From Planctomycetia bacterium (GTDB lineage: Bacteria > Planctomycetota > Planctomycetia > Pirellulales > JACPPG01), in contig JACPPG010000038.1 of the NCBI GenBank assembly GCA_016191115.1, positions 32,907 to 96,906 of the forward strand: a stretch of DNA of 64,000 bases. The letters run 5' to 3'. The position numbers were made by a program, and so were the translations under genes. The notes beneath the pieces were generated by a model. The model did not search any database. It saw nothing but the letters and a program-made list of their open reading frames with translations, and was not told the DNA's origin. This document shows positions 12,024-21,339 of this stretch, piece by piece; position 1 is the stretch's first letter, and each line of letters begins with the position of its first letter.

Positions 12024-12068
12024 GGGGGTCTCGATCGCGTAGAATGGTTAGCTATGAGCGAAGCGTCT
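11973..12068 (+). repeat. copy 2 of the 95-bp direct duplication
   Basis: See 11726..11820. TAGAAT at 12040-12045. The ATG at 12054 opens the 81-aa ORF. Confidence 0.85.
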
Positions 12069-12299
12069 AAGCACCGGTGGTTTCAGTTTGGGCTGCGAAG
12101 CCTGCTTCTCGCGATGACCGCATGGGCGTTGGTCGCGGCGGCTATGCCTGGGGCGTTGAAAGCCTATCGCGAATGGCGGGAAGGACCTGTTGGCGCTCCC
12201 GGTAGGATCGCGCCATTCCCTAATAATATCTCATGTTCCTTCGACGTCATTGAGGACAATGCCGAACCGATGGCAATAGAGTCCGTCGCCACCGAATAA
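12054..12299 (+). CDS. small membrane-anchored hypothetical protein (RWFQFGL N-terminal motif)
   Basis: MSEASKHRWFQFGLRSLLLAMTAWALVAAAM..., a basic patch + WFQFGL + one hydrophobic helix. The motif is shared with 52585..53031 and with the window-edge ORF. Confidence 0.5.
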   Translation: MSEASKHRWFQFGLRSLLLAMTAWALVAAAMPGALKAYREWREGPVGAPGRIAPFPNNISCSFDVIEDNAEPMAIESVATE

Positions 12300-12318
12300 C
12301 AGCTACAGGACTTCAATC

Positions 12319-13716
12319 ATGCCAACCACCACCATCGTACCTCCACCCGGCCCAAAATCTTTTCTCGGCATCCGTCTCGCCCGGCGGCTGCAGCGGGACG
12401 TGCTGGGGTTCAGCATGGATCTAGCCCGGCAGTACGGAGACATCGTCGCGTTCCGTTGCGGGCCGGTGCGGTTTTTTCAGTTTACGCATCCCGATCAGAT
12501 TGCCGACGTGCTCGTGCGCGAGGCTCGCAAATTCCACAAGCCCCGCCGCCTGAAAAGGATTCTCGGCAAATGGGACGGGCAAGGGCTCATCCTCAGCGAC
12601 GGCGAGCTGTGGGTCCGCCAGCGGCGGCTGGTGCAGCAGGCCTTTCAGCCGCGCCGCGTGCAGGCCTACGCCGCCGACATGGTCCGCGCGGCCGATCGGA
12701 TGCTCGCCCGCTGGGAAGGCGCCGGCACGCTCGACATGGTCGCCGAGCTGCACCGGGTGACGCTCGACATCGTCTGCAAGACGCTCTTCGGCGTCGACGT
12801 GGCCGACCATGCGGAAATCCGCGAGACGGTGCAGACCTTGCAGGAGACGGCCGTCCGCGAGATGGGCCGGCTGGTGCCGCTGCCCGACTGGCTCCCCTTG
12901 GCCGGCAAGCGCCGCTTCCGCGAGGCGATCCGCTACATGAAGGCGCTCCTGGACGAGATCATCCGCAAGCGTCGCGCCACGCGCGAGGATACGGGCGACC
13001 TCCTGTCGATGCTGCTGTTATCGGTCGACAGCGAAGGGGACGGCGCCGGCATGAACGACCAGCAAGCCCGCGACGAAACGATGACGCTCCTTCTGGCCGG
13101 GCACGAGACGACGGCCACGACGCTCGTGTGGGCTACTTGGCTACTGGCCGCGCACCCGGAGATTCAGGAGCGCACCGCGGCGGCGGTCGCCGACGTGCTG
13201 GGCGACCGGCTACCGACCTCGGACGACGTGCCGCGCCTGTCGGCGGTCGACATGGTGATCAAGGAGGCGATGCGGCTCTACCCGGCCGTGTACTTCACGT
13301 CGCGCGAGGCGGCGCAGGAAGTGACGATCGGCGGTTGCCGCATCCCGCCCGCGAGCCAGGTACACCTGGTGCCGTACGTTGTTTATCACGACGCCCGCTG
13401 GTTCGACGAGCCGGAGTCGTTCCGGCCGGAACGTTTTGCGCCCGGTTACGAGGACCGGCTGCCGCAATTCGCCTATTTCCCGTTCGGCGGCGGCCCGCGC
13501 GTATGTATCGGCAAAGGGATGGCGACGATGGAGGCGACGCTCATCCTGGCGTCGCTCCTGCAGCGGTATCGCCTGGCGCCCGCGCCGGGCCAGGGCCCGC
13601 CGGAGATGGAAGCGCAGATTTCGCTGCACCCGAAAGGCCCGGTGCGGCTGTCGATCGAGCGACGGGGCGGCGCGGGAGAAGCGGCGACGAGAAAGTCAGC
13701 CATTGGCGCGACGTGA
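12319..13716 (+). CDS. cytochrome P450
   Basis: FPFGGGPRVCIGKGMA heme-thiolate motif, LLLAGHETTA I-helix, EAMRLYP (ExxR). Confidence 0.92.
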   Translation: MPTTTIVPPPGPKSFLGIRLARRLQRDVLGFSMDLARQYGDIVAFRCGPVRFFQFTHPDQIADVLVREARKFHKPRRLKRILGKWDGQGLILSDGELWVRQRRLVQQAFQPRRVQAYAADMVRAADRMLARWEGAGTLDMVAELHRVTLDIVCKTLFGVDVADHAEIRETVQTLQETAVREMGRLVPLPDWLPLAGKRRFREAIRYMKALLDEIIRKRRATREDTGDLLSMLLLSVDSEGDGAGMNDQQARDETMTLLLAGHETTATTLVWATWLLAAHPEIQERTAAAVADVLGDRLPTSDDVPRLSAVDMVIKEAMRLYPAVYFTSREAAQEVTIGGCRIPPASQVHLVPYVVYHDARWFDEPESFRPERFAPGYEDRLPQFAYFPFGGGPRVCIGKGMATMEATLILASLLQRYRLAPAPGQGPPEMEAQISLHPKGPVRLSIERRGGAGEAATRKSAIGAT

Positions 13717-13735
13717 AGGGGCCGTGCTGCGTCTT

Positions 13736-13847
13736 GGGGGGGCGGGCATCTTGCCCGCCTGTTTAGCCCCGGCGGCCACGCCGGGTGAACTGGACAAGAC
13801 GTTGACTGCGCAGAGGCGGGCAGGATGCCCGCCCCCCAAAGCGCCGC
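13736..13847. repeat. GC-rich hairpin element (GGCGGGCAGGATGCCCGCCCCCC family), full palindrome
   Basis: ggggggcgggcatcttgcccgcc pairs with ggcgggcaggatgcccgcccccc (23-bp stem, 1 mismatch). The loop carries gtttagccccggcggccacgccggg. Confidence 0.8.
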
Positions 13848-13867
13848 GTGGACGCGGCGGCTCAGCG

Positions 13868-14338
13868 TTACACCAGAATCTCCACGCCGTACTTGGCCGC
13901 CAGCGCCTTGATGGCCGCGAGATCGCCGAAGCTGACGGCGTCGACTTCCTTGAAGAAGTTGGCGAAGCGGCCGGGGATAACCCACAAGAGCAGCCGACCT
14001 TCGGTCGTGCCTGCGTTGCGAAACGTGTGCGGCACATCGCGCGGGCCGGCCAGCATCGTGCCCGGCGGGGCGGCTACCTTCCGCTCGCCGATCGTCAGCT
14101 CGAACGCCCCTTCGAGGATGTAGAAAATCTCCGTCTCGTGGCGGTGCACGTGCAGCGGCGGGCCGTGGCCGGCGGGAATCCGCTGCTCCAGCAGGGCGTA
14201 CGCGCCGCCGGTCTCCTCGGGCAGCACCTTGAAGATACTCTCGTCGCCTAGCACCGTGACCATTTTGCCGGAGCCGGGCGGATGCACGATCGGCGCGGCC
14301 AATTCAGAGTGCGGCAGGAAGGGCGGGTTGTCGGGCAT
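13868..14338 (-). CDS. cupin domain-containing protein
   Basis: ATG 14338 inside ORF 13868..14941. PLHVHRHETEIFYILEG ... GPRDVPHTFRN matches cupin motifs 1 and 2. Confidence 0.85.
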   Translation of the reverse strand: MPDNPPFLPHSELAAPIVHPPGSGKMVTVLGDESIFKVLPEETGGAYALLEQRIPAGHGPPLHVHRHETEIFYILEGAFELTIGERKVAAPPGTMLAGPRDVPHTFRNAGTTEGRLLLWVIPGRFANFFKEVDAVSFGDLAAIKALAAKYGVEILV

Positions 14339-14401
14339 GGGGGATTCCTTTGTCGGCTGTGATTTGTGCCGCAGCGCTGTGCGGCGACGGGATCCTTTCC
14401 C

Positions 14402-14482
14402 GTTTAGCCCCGGCGGCCACGCCGGGCAAACCGCGCAAGACGTCCTTCCGCGCCGCGAAGGCGGGCAGGATGCCCGCCCCCC
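14402..14482. repeat. second copy of the GC-rich element (right half only), direct orientation relative to 13760-13847
   Basis: gtttagccccggcggccacgccggg ... ggcgggcaggatgcccgcccccc. It ends 2 nt before the DUF1501 stop codon. Confidence 0.8.
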
Positions 14483-14484
14483 GG

Positions 14485-15909
14485 TCACGCCAGGATATCG
14501 CGGATGACGCTGCCGTGCACGTCGGTCAGGCGGCGGTCGATGCCGTTGTGCCGGTAGACGAGCCGGGTGTGGTCGATGCCCAAGAGGTGCAGCACCGTGG
14601 CGTGTACGTCGTAGCAGTAGGTCGGGCGCTCGACCGCCTTGTACGACCACTCGTCGCTTGCGCCATAGGTCACGCCGCCGCGGATGCCGCCGCCGGCCAG
14701 CCACGTGGTGAACGTGAACGGGTTGTGGTCGCGCCCCTTGCTCCCCTGGCTGCACGGCATGCGGCCGAATTCGGTGGTCCACATCACGATCGTGTCGTCC
14801 AGCAGCCCGCGCTCCTTCAGGTCGACCAACAGCGCCGCGGCCGGCCGGTCCATGCTCGCCCCCATGTCGCCGTGGTCGCGAGCGATGTCCTCGTGCGAGT
14901 CCCAGTTGCGGCGCGGGAAGCCGTTGTCGGCCCCGCTCCACACTTGCACGAACCGCACGCCGCGCTCCAGCAGCCGCCGCGCGACCAGGCAGTTGCGGCC
15001 GAAGTCCTCGGTCACTTTCTGGTCGAGCCCGTAGAGCGAAAGCGTCCGTGCCGTCTCATCGGCGAGATTGAGCACCTCGGGCGCGCTCGATTGCAGTTTC
15101 GCCGCCAACTCGTAGCTGGCGATCCGGGCGTCGAGCTGCGTGTCGCCCGGCCGCTCGGCCTGATGGGCTCGATTGAGCCGCTCTAGCAGCGCCAGGCCGT
15201 CCGCCTCGCTATCGCGATTGATGAACCCGGCCGTGGCGGGCGGGAACAGGTCGGCAATCGGGTTGGTGGCGGACGGGCGGATCATCGTCCCCTGGTGCGC
15301 CGCCGGCAGGAACCCGGCCGTCCAGTTGCCCGGCCCGTTGGGGGCAAACCCGCGCGCGTCGGGCAGGACCACGAAGGTCGGCAGGTTCTCGTTCATGCTC
15401 CCCAATCCGTAGCTCAGCCATGCGCCCATCGCCGGAAAGCCAGGCAGCACGAAACCGGAGTTCTGCATGAACGTCGCCGGGCCGTGCACGTTCGACTTCG
15501 AGATCATCGAATGGATGAAGGCCATCTCGTCGACGCACGCCGCGAGGCACGGCACCAGGTCGCTCACCCACTTGCCGCATTGGCCATACTGCTTCCAGCC
15601 CCAAGGGCTTTGCATGCACTGGCCCGGCTCGCTCTGAAAGAGCTCGACCTTCTCGCCGGGATCGAACGGCTGGCCGTGGCGGCGGATGAGCTCCGGCTTG
15701 TAGTCGAACGTGTCGCACTGACTGGCCGCGCCCGACATGAACAACTGCACAACGCGGCGAGCGCGCGGCGGGTGATGCAGGCGGGCTGCGTCCGATCCTT
15801 TCCGCCCAGCAGGCGGCGCAGCGAGCAGACCGTCCTGGGCCATAAGGTGCGCAAGCGCAATCCCGCCCAGTCCGCCGCCAAGCTGCCAAAGAAACTCACG
15901 GCGCCGCAC
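14485..15909 (-). CDS. DUF1501 domain-containing protein (sulfatase-like, Tat signal)
   Basis: MRRREFLWQLGGGLGGIALA twin-arginine leader. RDHNPFTFTTWLAGGG and the typical DUF1501 body. Paired with the upstream DUF1553 gene. Confidence 0.9.
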   Translation of the reverse strand: MRRREFLWQLGGGLGGIALAHLMAQDGLLAAPPAGRKGSDAARLHHPPRARRVVQLFMSGAASQCDTFDYKPELIRRHGQPFDPGEKVELFQSEPGQCMQSPWGWKQYGQCGKWVSDLVPCLAACVDEMAFIHSMISKSNVHGPATFMQNSGFVLPGFPAMGAWLSYGLGSMNENLPTFVVLPDARGFAPNGPGNWTAGFLPAAHQGTMIRPSATNPIADLFPPATAGFINRDSEADGLALLERLNRAHQAERPGDTQLDARIASYELAAKLQSSAPEVLNLADETARTLSLYGLDQKVTEDFGRNCLVARRLLERGVRFVQVWSGADNGFPRRNWDSHEDIARDHGDMGASMDRPAAALLVDLKERGLLDDTIVMWTTEFGRMPCSQGSKGRDHNPFTFTTWLAGGGIRGGVTYGASDEWSYKAVERPTYCYDVHATVLHLLGIDHTRLVYRHNGIDRRLTDVHGSVIRDILA

Positions 15910-15920
15910 GTCAGGTTCTC

Positions 15921-16033
15921 CTAATATCGAAATTCAAATGTCTAATCTAATGAAGGACGAATGACCGAATGACGAAACGTTTCGGATTTCGTGCTTCGGA
16001 TTTCTTTAGACATTTGGATTTAGACATTAGACT
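15921..16033. repeat. AT-rich word palindrome (same family as 1861..2005) between two co-directional genes
   Basis: aaatgtctaa / ttagacattt arms with a cgaaacgtttcg centre. Followed at 16037-16064 by the CTCCGTG word run. Confidence 0.8.
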
Positions 16034-16075
16034 TTCCTCTCCGTGTCTCCGTGCCTCCGTGGTGAAGCATTTACC

Positions 16076-18229
16076 CTAGTCCACGAAGACGAATTCGTTG
16101 GAGTTGAAGATCAGCCGGCAGGCGTTGGCCAGGCCGTGCCTTGCCGCGTATTCCGTGAGCCATTGAGCTTCTTCCGCGCGCGGCGGGCGGGCCAGCGCTA
16201 GCCGGTACGCCGCATCGATCTGGCTGGCCGGATCGGCCGACATTTCACGCACTCGTGCCGCGAAATGCTCGGCCTGCCGCACGAACAGGGCATTGTTCAT
16301 GAGCGCCAGCGCCTGCAAGGCCGTCAGCGTCGTATTGCGCTTCGGCGCCAACAGCGACGGGTCCGGGCAGTCCAGACATTCCATCAACGGGTCGGGTACG
16401 CTGCGGACGATGAAGCGATACACGCTCCGCCGCCAGGCCGCCGGATCGTCGACGTCGAACCGCGCGTAGTCGTACACCGGCGAGTGGTCGTCCTTGAAGG
16501 CGAACTGCCGCACGGACGGGCCGCCCATCGTCAGGTCCAGCTTGCCGCTCGTGGCCAGCACCGCGTCGCGGATGGCCTCGGCGTCGAGCCGCCGGCGGTT
16601 TGCGCGCCACAGGTAACGGTTGCCGGCGTCGCGCTTCTCGTTCTCAGCGTCGCCGGTCGAGGCCTGGCGGTAGACGTTGCTTGTGACGATCAGCTTGTGC
16701 AGCTTCTTGAGCGATTCGCCTTGCTCGAGAAACTCGACGGCCAGCCAGTCCAGAAGCTCCGGGTGCGATGGCGGCGAGCCCATCCGGCCGAAATCGTTGG
16801 GCGTGTCGACCAGGCCGGCGCCGAAGTGATAGTGCCACACGCGATTCACGATCGACCGCCGCGCCAGCACGTTGGCCGGATCGGCGATCCACCGGGCCAG
16901 CGCCGCGCGGCGGCTCCCTTCGTTGGCGGCGTCCGCCAGCGCAAACTCCCGCGGCAGGCCCTTCACGCACTCTAGCGCGCCGGGCGACGCCGGCTCACCC
17001 GGCGCCTTCACGTCGCCACGCGCCAGCACGTACACCGGCCGAGGCTCGATCGATTTTAGCGCATAGACCAGCTTCTCCGTGCCGTCGGCGCCGCGATACG
17101 GCCGATCGGCGCGATCCACGCCGCCGAACACCGCCTGCAACCGATAATAATCCTGTTGCGCGATCGGATCGAACTTGTGGTTGTGGCAGCGGGCGCAGTG
17201 GACTGTCATGCTCACGAACGTCGACATCGCGGTCATCACCATGTCGTCCCGGTCGTTGCTGCGGGCAATCGCCTTGTCGACCGTTCCCTCGCGCAGCTCG
17301 GTATGGCCGACAAAGTCCCAGGGCCCCGCGGCCACAAAGCCGGTGGCGACCGTGGCCTGCGGATCGTCGGGAAAGAGCACGTCGCCGGCCAGTTGCTCGA
17401 GCACGAAACGCGAGTACCGCTTATCGCTGTTGAAGGCGGCGATCACGTAGTCGCGATACGGCCAGGCGTTCGCGCGCGGCTTGTCCTTGTCATAGCCGTG
17501 CGACTCGCCGTAGTGCACCACGTCCAGCCAGTGCCGGCCCCACCGTTCTCCATAGCGCGGCGAAGCGAGCAAGCGGTCGACCTGCCGCTCGTAGGCGTCG
17601 GGGGCTTCATCGCTCAGAAAGGCCTCGACCTCCGCCGGCTCAGGCGGCAGCCCCACCAGATCGAACGACAGCCGGCGCAAAAGCGTGCGGCGATCGGCCG
17701 CGGGCGCGCGCCGCAGGCCGTGCTCGTCGAGCTTCGCCAGCACAAAGGCATCGATCGGCGTGCGAATCCACGGCGACTCGATCGCCGGCGCCGGCCGTCG
17801 CACCAATGGCTCAAGCGACCACCACGGGCCAGGCGCCTTCTTGTCGACCAGCTTCACGCCGTCAGGCCAGTAGGCGCCCCCTTCGATCCAGCGGCGGATT
17901 GCCGCCACTTCCGCGGCCGCCAACGGAGGCCCTTCCTTGGGCATCTCGGGCTTCTCGCCCGAAATGTGGTCCACGAGCAGGCTTTCTCCCGGCTTATCCG
18001 GCACGATGGCCGGTCCGCTGTCGCCTCCGGCAAGGGCCTTCTCTCGGGATTCGAGCCCCAGGCCCCCTTTGGCGTGCTCGCCGCTGTGGCAGCTAACGCA
18101 TCGGCGCTCGAGAACCGGCACCACCGACTGGCGGAATAGGGCGGCCGCGGCGTCGTCAGCCGCGTGGGCGCGCGCCGGCGGGGCCAGCAGAAGCACCGCG
18201 ATCCAGGCGAATATGTCACGACCGCGCAT
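16076..18229 (-). CDS. PSCyt1/DUF1549/DUF1553 domain protein (planctomycete cytochrome-c-like)
   Basis: ATG 18229 gives MRGRDIFAWIAVLLLAPPARAHA (signal peptide). CVSCHSGEHAKGGL CxxCH. The DUF1549 and DUF1553 regions follow. Confidence 0.9.
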   Translation of the reverse strand: MRGRDIFAWIAVLLLAPPARAHAADDAAAALFRQSVVPVLERRCVSCHSGEHAKGGLGLESREKALAGGDSGPAIVPDKPGESLLVDHISGEKPEMPKEGPPLAAAEVAAIRRWIEGGAYWPDGVKLVDKKAPGPWWSLEPLVRRPAPAIESPWIRTPIDAFVLAKLDEHGLRRAPAADRRTLLRRLSFDLVGLPPEPAEVEAFLSDEAPDAYERQVDRLLASPRYGERWGRHWLDVVHYGESHGYDKDKPRANAWPYRDYVIAAFNSDKRYSRFVLEQLAGDVLFPDDPQATVATGFVAAGPWDFVGHTELREGTVDKAIARSNDRDDMVMTAMSTFVSMTVHCARCHNHKFDPIAQQDYYRLQAVFGGVDRADRPYRGADGTEKLVYALKSIEPRPVYVLARGDVKAPGEPASPGALECVKGLPREFALADAANEGSRRAALARWIADPANVLARRSIVNRVWHYHFGAGLVDTPNDFGRMGSPPSHPELLDWLAVEFLEQGESLKKLHKLIVTSNVYRQASTGDAENEKRDAGNRYLWRANRRRLDAEAIRDAVLATSGKLDLTMGGPSVRQFAFKDDHSPVYDYARFDVDDPAAWRRSVYRFIVRSVPDPLMECLDCPDPSLLAPKRNTTLTALQALALMNNALFVRQAEHFAARVREMSADPASQIDAAYRLALARPPRAEEAQWLTEYAARHGLANACRLIFNSNEFVFVD

Positions 18230-18408
18230 CACGTTCCGCCAAAACCTTGCATTTCCAGGCCGCAAAACGCCGGTTGCCAGGATATCACGCCGCCGGCGCG
18301 GCCGCCAAACGGCTCGGGAGGGCGAGGCTCCTGCCGAGCCGCGACGCGCGACGTGCTGCCGCAGGGTCCCTCGCGCTCCCGGAAAGGCGGGCAAGATGCC
18401 CGCCCCCC

Positions 18409-18556
18409 CAGGGCCCCGTTCACAGATTCAAGCTTGCCGGCGGCGCACCGGCGGGAAAGTGGGACAGGCACCGAGACGCAACGTTGGTCTGAAAGGACTT
18501 GCGCTGTTTATGCTCGCAGCCAGTCCCATTTTCCCGCCTCGCCATTTTGAAAAACA
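18409..18556 (+). mobile_element. 157-bp CAGGGCC MITE, copy B (right terminal repeat lost)
   Basis: CAGGGCCCCGTTCACAGATTCAAGC ... CGCCATTTTGAAAAACA. Ends 24 nt before the ATG at 18581. Abuts a GGCGGGCAAGATGCCCGCCCCCCC hairpin on its left. Confidence 0.85.
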
Positions 18557-18580
18557 CGCACCCCGGTCGCTTGCTTCCCC

Positions 18581-19882
18581 ATGGCCACCGGCGATTCACC
18601 TCAGCCTTACGTTCTGGTCGTCTGCCCGACGTGCAGGACCCGCCTGCACCCGCGCCGCGAGTTATTGGGCAAGCGCGTCCGTTGCCCGGACTGCGGCGTG
18701 CCGGTCCGCGTCGTCGAGCGCACGCCGCAATCGGTCGCCGCGGTGCGCGAGAAGGAATCGCCGGGCGAATACCGGCTTTCGGAGACCGATCAGCCCGTCG
18801 TGCCGATCGAGACGGTGGCGGTGACGTGCCCCACCTGTGGCACGAAGCTGCATCCGCGCGTCGCATTGGTCGGCAAGCGCGTTCGATGCCCAGACTGCCG
18901 TCGGCCGGTAACGGTTCCCGAGCCGCGTGAGGAGAAGCCGATCAAAGCGCCACCACGGCCGGCGGGGGCGTACGGCATCGGCGCCGCGCCCGAGCCGATC
19001 GCCATGCCGGAGACGGTTTTGCAGGATCTGGACAGGACCATCACCGCGCCGCCGCCCGAGCCGGCGCCGCGGTTGTGGTTCGTGACCGGCGTGTTCGGTT
19101 TTCCCTGGTATCCCGGCACGATTTCACGGTGGATGATTCTGACGTTGTTCCTCTTGTTCGCCAACACGATCGTGGTCTTCGGCGGAAAGGCGATTATGGG
19201 CATGGTCGCCGGCGCCGGCGCCGGCGACGCCTACGCCACCGCCTTCAAGGTCGCCCTGTCGGTGGCCCTGGGGATGATCGTCTGGACGCTGACGATGGCG
19301 TACATCGCGGGCTGCGTGGTGACGGTCATTCGCGACACGGCGGCGGGCAACAACGACATTGAGGATTGGAGCGACACCGAGATAACCGAGGGGTTCCTCC
19401 GCAGCATATACCTGTGGTTTCCACTCGTGGCGGCCGGCGCCGTGTGCTACGGCATCCACTACGTGACGGCCATGTTCGCGCCCGAGTGGGCCGTGGCGGT
19501 TTCCTCGGTGGCGCTGCTCGTGCTGTTTCCCATCTTTTTCGTGTCGGCCCTGGAGCATGGTTCGGCCCTGGTGCTCGTAAGCCCGACAGCGCTGCGGCTC
19601 ATTTCCGGTTTCTGGTGGGGCTGGCTGTTGCTTTACGTCGAGGTGGGGCTGGTGACCGGCGGCTGGGCAGGGCTGTCGTGGCTGGGATTGGACCGGCTGC
19701 CGTACGTCACCGCCCTTTTGGGTGCTCCGGTGCTGGCCGCCGTGATCTTTATCGACGCCCGGCTGCTGGGCCGCTTCCTGCTGCGCGCCGCGGAAGTCGT
19801 CGAAGAGCGCCGGGCGCTGCGGGAAGAGCAAGAGAACGTGGATGCGGAGGAAGAGCATCGAGCGCGAAACGGCGGCGCGTGA
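18581..19882 (+). CDS. hypothetical polytopic membrane protein with two tandem zinc-ribbon modules
   Basis: The module CPTC-x-T-x-LHPR-x5-GKRVRCPDC-x2-PV occurs twice (residues ~15-45 and ~83-112). At least 6 hydrophobic helices and an acidic/basic C-terminal tail follow. Confidence 0.7.
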   Translation: MATGDSPQPYVLVVCPTCRTRLHPRRELLGKRVRCPDCGVPVRVVERTPQSVAAVREKESPGEYRLSETDQPVVPIETVAVTCPTCGTKLHPRVALVGKRVRCPDCRRPVTVPEPREEKPIKAPPRPAGAYGIGAAPEPIAMPETVLQDLDRTITAPPPEPAPRLWFVTGVFGFPWYPGTISRWMILTLFLLFANTIVVFGGKAIMGMVAGAGAGDAYATAFKVALSVALGMIVWTLTMAYIAGCVVTVIRDTAAGNNDIEDWSDTEITEGFLRSIYLWFPLVAAGAVCYGIHYVTAMFAPEWAVAVSSVALLVLFPIFFVSALEHGSALVLVSPTALRLISGFWWGWLLLYVEVGLVTGGWAGLSWLGLDRLPYVTALLGAPVLAAVIFIDARLLGRFLLRAAEVVEERRALREEQENVDAEEEHRARNGGA

Positions 19883-19981
19883 CGAGCGCGCCGCGCGCGG
19901 CGGAAATCCCAGGGGTGGCCACCCCTGGGCTTCGCAAGCGATTTCAAGTCTCCTGCCAGCCGCCCGCTGCCGCCTCCTGCC

Positions 19982-20770
19982 TCACGCCGCCAGCTCTCCG
20001 GCGAAGATTCCGTCGCCGCATAGCTCGGCGATCGACTCGAGCACGACGTCGGGGCAATAGGCGTAGCGGGCCAGGTCCTCGCGGCGCGTTCCGCCGGAGA
20101 GCACGAGCACCGTGCGGTAGCCCAATTGCACGCCGCCCAGGATGTCGGTCTCCATCGTATCACCGATGATCGTGGTTTCCTCGGCACGCAAGTGCAGCTC
20201 CTTGCGCGCGGCCCGCATCATGACGGGGCTGGGCTTCCCGACGCTGAAGGCTCGCACTCCGGTGGCCGCTTCGAGCATCGCCACGATCGCCCCGCAGCCC
20301 GGTCGCAGCCCGTGCGCAGTGGGGCAGTTCGGATCGAGGTTCGTGGCGATCAGCTTGGCGCCGTCGACGATCATCTGCACGGCCGCTTCGACCACCTCCA
20401 TCGTCATCGTCCGCCCTTCACCCACGACGACATAATCCGGGGCGTGATCGACGATGGCGTAGCCGTTTGAATGGAGCGCGTTCAACAGTCCGCCTTCGCC
20501 GATGACGAAGGCCGTGCCGCCCGGTTTCTGCTGGGCCAGAAAGCGGGCCGTGGCCATGGCGCAAGTGAAGATGTGGTGCTCCTCGGCCGCCACGCCCATC
20601 CGCACGAGCCTGGTTGCCACGTCGCGGCGCGTCCGCTGGCTGTTGTTGGTGAGAAACAAAAACGGCACCTGCCGGGCGATCAACTGGTTGATAAAGTTGT
20701 CGGCGCCAGGGATCAGGTTGCGGCCCCGATAGATGACACCGTCCATATCGATCAAGAAACCACGCGTCAT
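19982..20770 (-). CDS. HAD-IIA family hydrolase (NagD-like)
   Basis: MTRGFLIDMDGVIYRG (DxDG motif I), FLTNNS motif II, GDTMETDILGG motif IV. ATG 20770 is preferred over 20824/20851. Confidence 0.85.
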   Translation of the reverse strand: MTRGFLIDMDGVIYRGRNLIPGADNFINQLIARQVPFLFLTNNSQRTRRDVATRLVRMGVAAEEHHIFTCAMATARFLAQQKPGGTAFVIGEGGLLNALHSNGYAIVDHAPDYVVVGEGRTMTMEVVEAAVQMIVDGAKLIATNLDPNCPTAHGLRPGCGAIVAMLEAATGVRAFSVGKPSPVMMRAARKELHLRAEETTIIGDTMETDILGGVQLGYRTVLVLSGGTRREDLARYAYCPDVVLESIAELCGDGIFAGELAA

Positions 20771-21134
20771 GGGAAGTATCCTTGTCACGGCTTTGGTCCG
20801 TTTTTTGTCCTGGTGGTTGTTCATGCCGACTGCCACGCCGGAGCATGCCAAAGGAATGTTCGCGGCGCGCGAGCAGCGGATAAGAACTTGCTAAAGGTCC
20901 ATGGCCTGCCGCCGGGAGCCCCCGCACCGCAAAGCAAATGTCGCGCCGTGTCCGCCGCGCGGGCCGTGGTCGGGCCGTATCTCATGGCGCCGCCACCTTC
21001 TCGCGATGCTAGCCGCGGCGCCAGCGAAAACGGCGGAAATCACGCCGCCGCCCCCACGTTGCGCGCGTTTTGGGCAGTCGAGCCATTGTGCCACGCGCAG
21101 CGGCGGACGGTGGCAAGATATGGGCACGAAGCTG

Positions 21135-21273
21135 CAGGGCCATTCTGTTTTTCAAAATGGCGAGGCGGGAAAATGGGACTGGCTCCGAGCATAAACAGCG
21201 CAAGTCCTTTCAGACCAACGTTGCGTCTCGGTGCCTGTCCCACTTTCCCGCCGGTGCGCCGCCGGCAAGCTTG
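21135..21273 (-). mobile_element. 157-bp CAGGGCC MITE, copy C (truncated at the GTTCACAG end)
   Basis: The plus strand reads CAGGGCCATTCTGTTTTTCAAAATGGCGAGG ... GCCGGCAAGCTTG, then diverges. Confidence 0.85.
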
Positions 21274-21339
21274 GCATGGATCATCGGCGTGCGAATGACG
21301 CGTAGCGGCAACTGAGAAGCGCTCCTGGCTCGCCCCTCC

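Noticed and set aside
13868-14941. The 357-aa extension of the cupin ORF, and the N-terminal extensions of ORFs 7680-9503, 27236-29143, 43325-47377, 56202-57215 and 24091-25677.
   Set aside because: The upstream parts run through repeats or the neighbouring gene and lack homology. Internal ATG/GTG starts give N-termini typical of the respective families.
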